Made by a program: the position numbers and the translations under genes
The notes under the pieces: model-generated
The model's database searches: none
What the model saw: the letters and a program-made list of their open reading frames with translations, nothing else
Told to the model about the DNA's origin: nothing
Assembly (NCBI GenBank): GCA_964012805.1
Contig: CAXGUD010000060.1
Span: forward strand, 1-18,642
DNA length: 18,642 nt
Reading direction: 5' to 3'
DNA from: an uncultured Bacteriovoracaceae bacterium
Lineage (GTDB): Bacteria > Bdellovibrionota > Bacteriovoracia > Bacteriovoracales > Bacteriovoracaceae
Part shown: positions 1 through 8,300 of the stretch, in pieces
Position numbering within the stretch: position 1 is the first letter of the stretch
How the letters are laid out: each line of letters begins with the position of its first letter

Positions 1-758
1 TTTCCCTAATAGGTCAGCTGGACATAAGACCTTTTTTGAAAGATGTGCAATGCCCCACACTCATTATGCATTCTGAGGACGATAGGCTAGTACCCATAGA
101 ATCTGCCAACGATTTTGTTCAAAATATTCAAAATGTTGACTTTGTTAAGTTAAAAGAAGCCGGTCATATTTTTTGGGCAGGTGAATCTGACTATATTTTA
201 GAAAAAGTCATTGATTTCTCTTTAGATGATGAGGAACTAGAAAATGAAGGTGCAACCCAGAGGAGTCTCGCAACAATTATGTTTAATGATATAGTTAATT
301 CAACAAACCTTCAAAGAGAATTAGGGGATACAGCTTGGAAAGAAAAAATACAATCGTTCATAGAAATTCTTGAAAAAAATATTTTTGAATGCGAGGGCAC
401 TCTTATTAAAACAATGGGAGATGGAGCACTGGCCATTTTTGACGGACCAACTAAGGCAATTAAGTGCTCTTTTGGTATTAAAAATGACGTAAAAAAGCTT
501 GGTCTAAGCATAAGGGCAGGTCTTCACATTGGAGAGATTGAAAAGTTAGAGGGTGATATAAGCGGTCTTAACGTCAACCTTGCTTCAAGAATACAAAGTG
601 TCGCCTCAGGAGGTCAAATTTTGGTCTCTGATATTTTAACTTCCTTGGTTCTAGGGTCAGGTGTTACTTTTGAGGAATTTGGTGAAGTCAATCTAAAAGG
701 CTTTGAAGGAAGCTATAAGCTTAAGGAAGTAACATCCATTTCAAGGTTTGCCCACTAG
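1..758 (+). CDS. Alpha/beta-hydrolase fused to class III adenylate cyclase (LipJ/Rv1900c-type architecture), 5'-truncated by the window edge
   Basis: The frame is open from position 3 (SLIGQLDIRPFLKDVQCPTLIMHSEDDRLVP...EAGHIFW), the C-terminal end of an alpha/beta hydrolase with its Asp/His motifs, so the TTG at 36 is not the real start. Cyclase motifs follow: ATIMFNDIVNST, IKTMGDG, IRAGLHIGE, GDISGLNVNLASR, GQILVS, LKG. Confidence 0.88.
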   Translation, partial: SLIGQLDIRPFLKDVQCPTLIMHSEDDRLVPIESANDFVQNIQNVDFVKLKEAGHIFWAGESDYILEKVIDFSLDDEELENEGATQRSLATIMFNDIVNSTNLQRELGDTAWKEKIQSFIEILEKNIFECEGTLIKTMGDGALAIFDGPTKAIKCSFGIKNDVKKLGLSIRAGLHIGEIEKLEGDISGLNVNLASRIQSVASGGQILVSDILTSLVLGSGVTFEEFGEVNLKGFEGSYKLKEVTSISRFAH

Positions 759-782
759 AGTTAAGGCCTTAGAGTTAAAAGC

Positions 783-1820
783 TCATTGCTGTATATTGAC
801 TTCCATAACAGGAATTCCATTACCCCTTACAATATTTAATTTATTACCATTAGTTGTAATGATTCCTCTTTTTCCATCTTCACCAACCCATTCTCCAACC
901 TTTGATCCAACTTCAGGCACCCACCCCTTTTGATCTATTTTTGATTCAATATTATCTTCAACAACTCTTCCATTTGTGAAAATTATGCTTACCTGATTTC
1001 CGTTTGTTGTGATTATGCCTGTTTTACCATTTTCTGGAATAAATTCACCCACGAATTTCCCATTGGTTGTAATAATACCCATGGTATCGCCTTTTTTAGT
1101 TATAACACCAGTCTTACCTTTTTTATCAGTAAAGGAACCTACAACCATTCCAGCGTAAGGAATCCACTCCCCAGCCTGTTTACCATTAGTTGTAATGATT
1201 CCAACGCTTCCTTGCGAATTCATAATTAAGGCGCCGGACATATTATCATTACCTGTCCACTTTCCAACGACCTTTCCAACTTCGGGAACCCAGCCAGCAG
1301 TCATTCCATCATCTTCAGGTATCCACTCTCCGACTAAGTTATCCGCTTTAGAGGACGCTTCTTCTGTCCCCTTACCAACTTCAGGAACCCAACCTTTATA
1401 GCCAGCCATAGGTTTCCATCCTTTATCTATTGTACCGTTGGTTGTTATGATTCCTGTCTTAAGTCCATTAGTCGTTATAATACCGTTCGTTGTTATAATG
1501 CCTGATTTAGAATCTGAAACATTATTACTCTCACTCAATTTATTTCTAAGATCAGCAATCGTTATTTTATAATTTTCAATCTCCGCTTTAAGATTTTTAA
1601 TGTCATCCTTAGCTGCCAAAATTTGTGCTGAAAGGCTAGACTTGCTTTTACTACAAGATTTTAGGCCCTCTTCACAACTCTTTAATTCCTGATTGGAGTC
1701 AGAGCTCACGGGCTTCATTGGTTTTTTTGCCCCACCATAGCTTAGAAATGGAATTAAAAGAATAATTAGTAAAAAATAAGTAAACCGCAAAAAAGAATTC
1801 GTTAAATCCCTTTTTTCCAT
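783..1820 (-). CDS. Exported protein: signal/TM segment, C-X6-C coiled coil, GIITTNG/GWVPEVG repeat domain
   Basis: ATG at 1820 is preceded by GGAGAGAGGG, so it is preferred over the ORF-track TTG at 1838. Hydrophobic FTYFLLIILLIPFLSYG is followed by heptad-like LKSCEEGLKSC...IADLRNKL, then seven GIITTNG and three GWVPEVG copies. Confidence 0.85.
   Translation of the reverse strand: MEKRDLTNSFLRFTYFLLIILLIPFLSYGGAKKPMKPVSSDSNQELKSCEEGLKSCSKSKSSLSAQILAAKDDIKNLKAEIENYKITIADLRNKLSESNNVSDSKSGIITTNGIITTNGLKTGIITTNGTIDKGWKPMAGYKGWVPEVGKGTEEASSKADNLVGEWIPEDDGMTAGWVPEVGKVVGKWTGNDNMSGALIMNSQGSVGIITTNGKQAGEWIPYAGMVVGSFTDKKGKTGVITKKGDTMGIITTNGKFVGEFIPENGKTGIITTNGNQVSIIFTNGRVVEDNIESKIDQKGWVPEVGSKVGEWVGEDGKRGIITTNGNKLNIVRGNGIPVMEVNIQQ
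846..1502 (-). repeat. Intragenic dispersed peptide repeats (GIITTNG x7, GWVPEVG x3, GE[WF]IP/GEWVG x4)
   Basis: Counted directly in the translation. DNA copies of GIITTNG differ at synonymous positions. Confidence 0.95.
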
Positions 1821-1969
1821 CCCTCTCTCCAAGTTCAAATCACTACTAAATGAATATTAACATATTTTAAAAATAAACTTTTTTTTTGCTTACTTTAGCC
1901 GCAATTTTTTTAAAATTGTAGATTTTTATATTTAAAAGAAATTAAATTTATTTGAATAAAATTTATTTG

Positions 1970-1994
1970 AAAAAGCGCCTCGAGTGAGGCGCTT
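1970..1994 (-). terminator. Rho-independent terminator of the 4015->2015 gene pair
   Basis: Perfect 9-bp stem AAGCGCCTC (1973-1981) / GAGGCGCTT (1986-1994) with a 4-nt loop, running into a T-tract on the minus strand, 20 nt past the stop at 2015. Confidence 0.85.
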
Positions 1995-2014
1995 ATTTTA
2001 ATACCCACTAATTT

Positions 2015-2983
2015 TTAATAATCATCCAAGTCTTTTTTCCAATGATCATCACTCATTTTATCTATTAGCTTATTAAATTGAGAAGCGATCAACTTATCAT
2101 CAGCTTCCATAAGAATAACTTTTATTTGTTTTTCATAACCCTTTCTTAATTTGTCCTGCTTCTTAAAAGTAACTTTTTTCCAATGCTGAGCGTACCCAGC
2201 CCCACTTGTTGTGATTTCCTTTTTTTCCTTGAGGTAATTTACATAAAGCCTAAGCTCTTCAAACTTCTTAGCACTTGCCATAAATTTTCTGCTTTTCATA
2301 GGCCCTGTTTGAAAAAGACCTACAAGGGCACTTTTTTTAAGGATCTTAACCTTATTAAAATTAAGAGATTTATCGGCCATTCTTAAAACATCAAAAGAAC
2401 AGAAATATCCAGCAGCATCCCCCATAAGAAGATTTGTCGCAATATGAAGCCGGTTAACCTTTTTTAATTTAACTTCTTTATTTTGACCGTTAGGAATATA
2501 TCTATATGTTCCATTGGCCGTTAACTCAACACTTTTCATTTTAACAGTATCTTCAACAGCTTTTTTCATAACTTTTTTGGCAAAGTGATCAAATCTTTTA
2601 GTTTTAACTACGTGATCTTTACCAGCAATGACGACAGAAGCCTCTTCAATAAGCTGATTATACTTTTCATAACCTCTTTGCTTTGTATAATAAATATAAC
2701 CTGATTTAAGGTAGTTAAAAATAGGAGAAACAATATTATAAGCATGCTTTGGTTTTTTCCCCTTTATAGCAGCTCTCTCTGCAGTAAGTCCTCCTATCAC
2801 ACTTGCAGCAGCCTGACTACATGCGGGAGATGTAATAAAAGTATTACCAGCTTTTAGCTTGTACTCCTTCCAAGAAGGGATTTTCTTTTTCCAATAAGTG
2901 TCGTTAAGAAAAACTTTTTTGGCTTCTGATGAAAAAGCACTAAAAGATAACATTGCAAACAATAGAACCATTAATTTTTTCAT
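2015..2983 (-). CDS. Secreted Lys-rich hypothetical protein
   Basis: Classical Sec signal peptide MKKLMVLLFAMLSFSAFS. Its AAGGAG RBS overlaps the TAA of the upstream gene. No recognisable domain. Confidence 0.8.
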   Translation of the reverse strand: MKKLMVLLFAMLSFSAFSSEAKKVFLNDTYWKKKIPSWKEYKLKAGNTFITSPACSQAAASVIGGLTAERAAIKGKKPKHAYNIVSPIFNYLKSGYIYYTKQRGYEKYNQLIEEASVVIAGKDHVVKTKRFDHFAKKVMKKAVEDTVKMKSVELTANGTYRYIPNGQNKEVKLKKVNRLHIATNLLMGDAAGYFCSFDVLRMADKSLNFNKVKILKKSALVGLFQTGPMKSRKFMASAKKFEELRLYVNYLKEKKEITTSGAGYAQHWKKVTFKKQDKLRKGYEKQIKVILMEADDKLIASQFNKLIDKMSDDHWKKDLDDY

Positions 2984-2992
2984 ACAATCTCC

Positions 2993-4015
2993 TTAATCGA
3001 ACCATTTCCAATCTTTGGTTTTTTTAAAATATTTAAAGTGGTTCACTTTATAGACTTCGCCTGATCCTCTTTTAATTGCGGAAACAAGACCTGACCACCT
3101 TCTGGTTCTAGCAGCTGCATACTTAAAACCAGGTCCAGACCTATACTCATCGCAAGCAATACATGGCTTTAAATTTCCATCTTTATCAACATTTGAACCC
3201 TGCATATTATTTGTTAAGATGTTAACAAGTCCATAATCTTTCATGCATATTCCCATACACCTTTTTTTAGTATGATCAGCATTATAGGTCCAACTTTCAG
3301 AACACCTCTCAGAAAAACCCACTTTATTCATAAGACAACTTTTAATCATTTTTAAAGTTGGCTTTTTTGTACAGAATCTAACTGGGTCAGTAAGGTCAGG
3401 CTTTGCCATATAAACAGCAAGATCCTTTAAAGAAGAGCAGGTTCCGCACTTATACTTATGAGTAATAAACCAACCACTTTTTCTTGCTTCATCAGCATTT
3501 TTAAATGTTTTAAATTTATATTTTTTATCAGAGTTATCAATAAACTTTATTGCACAAACTTCTCTAGATTCGTCACTCCCACTTTTTTCAAGATTTAAAA
3601 ACCAGCTTGTTATTTGTTCTTGATTATAAAATTTTATAGTCTTTTTTCTTTTGACTTCGAATTCAATTTTTCTTTTTTTAATAGGATCTTTTAAACCTGG
3701 AAACCTTTTTATCCCCTTTTTATATTCAATACTATACCTTGGGAAATATGGATTTCTTGTCTTAAAACCAATACCATTTCTTAAAGCTAGTCTTCCTTTT
3801 AATTTAAAATTTCCTTTATTTTCTTTTTCAAGTCCCAATTGATTATAGATTTCATCCACATTAACAGGTTCTGTCCTCCATAAAAGCTTTGCTAATTCCA
3901 TTTTTTTAGGGTTCTTTTTAAGAAATGCAATGTTTATTAAAGAATGTTCTCCAATTTTTTGTGCCTTAACTTCAAATACAATCAAAGATAATAAAGCATA
4001 AATGTAAAGATTCAT
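2993..4015 (-). CDS. Secreted Cys-rich uncharacterised protein (CGxCS...CxxCDExxSGPxF...RTRRxSG motif)
   Basis: Signal peptide MNLYIYALLSLIVFEVKA and AGAGG upstream. Ten Cys lie in the C-terminal part, with motifs CGTCSSLKDLAVY, GFSERCSESW and CIACDEYRSGPGFKYAAARTRRWSG. Confidence 0.8.
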   Translation of the reverse strand: MNLYIYALLSLIVFEVKAQKIGEHSLINIAFLKKNPKKMELAKLLWRTEPVNVDEIYNQLGLEKENKGNFKLKGRLALRNGIGFKTRNPYFPRYSIEYKKGIKRFPGLKDPIKKRKIEFEVKRKKTIKFYNQEQITSWFLNLEKSGSDESREVCAIKFIDNSDKKYKFKTFKNADEARKSGWFITHKYKCGTCSSLKDLAVYMAKPDLTDPVRFCTKKPTLKMIKSCLMNKVGFSERCSESWTYNADHTKKRCMGICMKDYGLVNILTNNMQGSNVDKDGNLKPCIACDEYRSGPGFKYAAARTRRWSGLVSAIKRGSGEVYKVNHFKYFKKTKDWKWFD

Positions 4016-4233
4016 TGGAATAAAACCTCTTTTAATAAATCCATAAGAGCTTAATTCATTGAGACTTCTATCGGGAAATACAAGATTTAAGGTTAGAAAA
4101 AAATTTAATAATTAAGCTTTTTAAAGTTAAAATGAAACCTATCTTTTCAGTCGGCTACTTTAAATGGATCTGTTAGGGTAAATAGTAAAATTAAAATTGA
4201 CAGATAAAGGTTTCTTTCAAATCTTGGTTTTCT

Positions 4234-5190
4234 TTAATCAACACAATAACTTTTTCCATCTATTAACCTTAATGAAGTCCCTTCGCCACAAACAGAATTA
4301 TAGTCTTCTGGAATATTTTCCACTTCTTCTGTTAATCTTGCCAATTCTGCAGAGAGTTCTTTTTCTTCTGCTTCCCAATCCTTGTCTAAATTCTCATTTT
4401 CTATTTTAAGCTTTTCATTTTCACCTTTAACTTCTTCAATATTAAAACCATCGTATGACTTACATTGGGGAATATTATCCCTTTCTTCTAGGCAATTTTT
4501 TAAATTTTGCTTTTGTATTTCATTTTGGTTTCTCTTTACAAGAAGGAGACTAAGAGCGTTTTTTTCATAAGCTAAGCATAAAGTTAGACTTTCGATACAT
4601 TCTTCATGCCTGGTTACTAGGTTTGGAATATTATTTTCAACGTCATTTGTATTACTGATCAATATTTTTTCTTCACTAAGACAAGAATCGGTTTCCTTTT
4701 GGCAGATTTTTAATTTCCCATCATATTCTTTAATCATCTTCTCCGTTTGCAAGTTTTGTTTTTGATATAAGCTCAAAGAATTATTGCATTTTTCATCTTC
4801 ACTACAAATCGTTTTATTTTCGTCATTCAACTTTTTAATTTCTTTTTTAAGGTTATTTTCTTCGTAAGTTAAAGTATTTTTTTGGTCGTAACAATTTCTT
4901 AAACTGTCCTGACACGACCTTAGATTTTCCGCAGGCAACTCCATTTCTTCTTCAACTTTTTTTATTTCACTTAGTGATGACTCATTTCTTTTTGTACAGG
5001 AATCCAATCTTTCATTACATGCTTCTTCTAAAACATTACAAGTATCAATTGCGGCCTGCGGGTCCTGTCTTTCATAGCTCGATAAGCAATTATTTGTTTT
5101 TTTTGGTTTTGATGGTTTTCCTCCTGCGTTTAATCCAGAAGAAACCAAATTGAACAGGAGAAAAAATGTGAGTAAATATAACTTCTTCAT
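4234..5190 (-). CDS. Secreted cysteine-periodic coiled-coil protein (short chain), paralogous to the N-terminus of the 5309-9472 protein
   Basis: Signal peptide MKKLYLLTFFLLFNLVSSGLNA. E/K/L/N-rich heptad sequence with C-X6-C pairs about every 35 aa. Ends in CGEGTSLRLIDGKSYCVD. Confidence 0.85.
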   Translation of the reverse strand: MKKLYLLTFFLLFNLVSSGLNAGGKPSKPKKTNNCLSSYERQDPQAAIDTCNVLEEACNERLDSCTKRNESSLSEIKKVEEEMELPAENLRSCQDSLRNCYDQKNTLTYEENNLKKEIKKLNDENKTICSEDEKCNNSLSLYQKQNLQTEKMIKEYDGKLKICQKETDSCLSEEKILISNTNDVENNIPNLVTRHEECIESLTLCLAYEKNALSLLLVKRNQNEIQKQNLKNCLEERDNIPQCKSYDGFNIEEVKGENEKLKIENENLDKDWEAEEKELSAELARLTEEVENIPEDYNSVCGEGTSLRLIDGKSYCVD

Positions 5191-5308
5191 TTCGTTCTCT
5201 CTTTTATCATGATCTTTATCAAGTTTATTTTAATATGATTATTTTTAATTTTAATAAAAAATTTAAAGTTATGTTAGATTTGTTAATGCCCAAATTGGAA
5301 GGTTGTTA
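5191..5308. promoter_or_regulatory. Divergent promoter region shared by the two coiled-coil genes
   Basis: 118-bp very AT-rich spacer between head-to-head starts. RBS-like GGAAGG (5297-5302, plus strand) and AGAGAG (minus strand). No specific promoter element assigned. Confidence 0.6.
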
Positions 5309-8300
5309 ATGAACATTTTCTCTTTGTATATAAAAATTATTTTATTTATAATTTTATCTTTTAATTCAAAAATGATTTTGGGAGCGTCCAAGCCGGCAAA
5401 GTGTATTACAAAAAAGATGATCCAAGATTGTAACAATAAGGTAAATAAATGTGTTGAAAAGGAAGTAAGCTGTTTAAATGAAGAAAAGCGCCTTCAAACA
5501 GTATTATTAGAAAAGTTATATCAATCGGATAGAATTGAAAAAGACTTGGGAATATGTGATGAGGATAAAGAGGCATGTAATAATAGTAAAAGTTTATTAA
5601 ACAGTGATCTTGAAAAACTAAGAAGCGAAAAAATTAAAATAGATGAAAAAGTTAAGAAGTGCAAAAAGAGCGTAACTCAATCATGTAATGAAGAAAAAGT
5701 TGAAAAAAATAAAAAAGAAAACCTTGATAAGAGTCTTAATAATCATTTATCAAATTTTTATAATTGTGAGGGTAAACAAAAAAAATGCTTATCAAGTTTA
5801 AAATCTAATCAAAAGATTTTCGATCATTACATTTCAGAACAAACAAAAATAAACACCCCATTAAGAAAATGTGAAGAAGATCAATCTACCTGTCAAAAAA
5901 ATAGCAAGAAAGAAGAAATTAAGAACTTAGAGGTAGAGTATGAAGAGCGTTTTATCAAACTTAACTCATGTTACAAAAGTTTAGCATCAAAAAGGGACGA
6001 ATGTATTATTGATTCAGCCGCTATTATAAGTAAAAACAATGTTCTAAAAAATGATCTTAATACAAAGAAAATTGTAATTGAAGCAAAGAGAGAAAATTAC
6101 AAAAAGGCTATAGAAAAAATGAATCTTATTAAATCTCAAAAGCTTCAGATGGCCGAGGAAAAAACTGAAATCTCATGTGGTTCCAATACAAGAAAGGTTA
6201 ATATAAACGGAGTTCTACACTGTTTGGGATATACTGACTGTAAAGATGATGAATATATCTCCTCAGAAGGTAATGAATTTTTAGACCGAACATGCTCTAA
6301 AATTACTCCTTGCAAGGAAAATGAATGGGTTTCAAAAGCCGCTACATTAGATTCAGATCAAATTTGTTCACCTCTAACTGAATGTAAAGAAGGTGAATGG
6401 GTTTCAAAAGTAAAATCAAAAAACTCTGACAGAGAGTGTAGTCCCATTACAAAATGTACGGAAAATGAATATATTTCATCTCCTGCAACTTTGACTTCAG
6501 ACAATATTTGTTCTCCCCAGGTAGTCTGTGAACCTTATGAAATATTAGTTAAACAGGGTTCTGGAAATAAGTGCATAAAACCAACTTCCTGTGGAGAAGG
6601 TAAGTTTAATGAGATAACAAACTTACCTCCAAATGGAAGTAGTTGTAAGGATCTTAAAATCTGTGGTGAAAATCAATATATAAGTGAACTTAGTAACTAT
6701 TTAGAGGTTCCTAAAAATGAGATTTCTTTAATCTGTAAAGAAACAAGAAGCACGCTTTCCGTGGGAAGATATTTAACCTGCTTATTAAATAAAGACAATC
6801 AACCCTTGTGCTTTGACAGTTATGGTAAAGATCAAGGCTTTTACGGAATGCTAAAAGATACAGAGAATCCTTGGACATCAATTCAAATTGAAAAGAGTGA
6901 AAAACCGGGTATCCATTTTTGTGGAATTAAACAAAATGGATCCATAAGATGCTATACAAATATAAGCGGTCGGAAGGCACTAGAAAAAAAGACTTATCAA
7001 ATAGAAGGTGGGCCATTTTCTAATTTTTCAATTGCTCATGAGGGGCAGTGGATTTGTGCAATTAAAAAGAATAAAAAAATACAGTGCTGGAACGAAAACG
7101 GGCCAATAGAAAGTCCACCAGATGAACAAAATAATGATTTTATTTCCGTTGAAGCAGCCTTTTACCATACATGCGGTCTTAAAGGTAATGGAAAAGTTTA
7201 TTGCTGGTGGTCCTCGAAAAAAAATAAGCCTTTTCTTAATTGGAAGAACTTCTTTCGTGATATAAACAACTCCAGTGAAAATAAAAACTTTATCAAGCTG
7301 GCCGTAAGTCACAATGTGACTTGTGGCCTTAAAAAAGATGGAACTCTTAAATGCTGGGGAGATAATGCTTGGGAAGGTTTAAATATACCAGAGGAAAATG
7401 AAGGTTTCGTTGACTTAACTGGTGGATCAAGGGCCTTTTGCGCTTTAAAGAGTTCGGGAAAGCCATTTTGTTGGGGATTTATCTTTAAATGGGGAAAATA
7501 TAATATTCTTATGCCTGAAAATGAGAAAAGGTATAAAAGCATTAAAGTGGGATTCAAAAATATTTGTGGAATAGAGACTGACGGAAAAGTTTCTTGTTTT
7601 GGCCATTATGGAGATAATGAAGTTCCGAAGGAGAATGGTGAAAAAGGAAATGAGAGCGATCAACTGTTTGATGTAGCAGACACGAGATGTAAACAAGAAA
7701 AAGAAAAAATTATAATTTCAGACCATGTATGTGATGGCATACCAGAGTGTGGCGCAGATAGTTTTTTCAACCTAAAAACAAAAAAGTGCCAAGAGGCGAA
7801 AAAATGTGATCTCGGAAAGACCGTATCTAACCCGACATTAATCGAAGATAGAGTCTGTAAAAAGCGTCCCTCATGTTTGAAATCATATAAATATGATCCT
7901 TCAGGATGGGGCCATTTTGAAAAGAAGGGAGCCGATCCAGGTACCATAAGTCATTATCTTTCTTGTATGAGTGAAAATAAAACCTTATCTACTAACCAGT
8001 ACCACTCATGTGCAATTAATAATGAAGATAAAATAAATTGTTGGGGGGAAAATGAGAACCCTCTATTAAAAGAGAATTTATTAATCGACCCTTTTAAAAC
8101 ATGGGAACAAAATGATAAAAGCAATTACCAAATGGTTTCAACAAGTAGTAATCATTCCTGTGGTTTAAAAGATGATGGAAGTATATATTGTTGGGGGAAT
8201 GAAAATAATTCTAAAAATTTACTTAATATACCCGCTGACGAAAATAATAACTTTATCTCTGTGTCCACAGGTAGTTTTTTTAATTGTGGATTGAAAAGTG

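Noticed and set aside
783..1820. GIITTNG protein as a multi-core RiPP precursor
   Set aside because: No recognisable maturase, dedicated protease or transporter is in the window, the cores lack consistent flanking cleavage motifs, and two copies share a residue. It remains only a remote alternative.
1944..1971. Direct repeat AAATTTATTTGAA x2 (also TAGAGTTAA x2 at 756-778)
   Set aside because: Short and nearly all A/T in an AT-rich genome, so not distinguishable from chance.
4134..4214. Inverted repeat GAAACCT...AGGTTTC as a riboswitch (e.g. c-di-GMP-I)
   Set aside because: The GEMM core elements are not identifiable and the pairing is short and AT-rich.
4234..6223. Coiled-coil proteins as SMC/chromosome-segregation proteins or heme/metal-binding proteins
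   Set aside because: They have signal-like N-termini and lack Walker motifs and CxxCH. Any SMC-like similarity would be generic coiled-coil composition.
846..6526. Repeats as a CRISPR array or diversity-generating retroelement template/variable repeats
   Set aside because: The repeats are in-frame, conserved at protein rather than DNA level, and not adenine-specific in their variation. No cas or reverse transcriptase gene is present.
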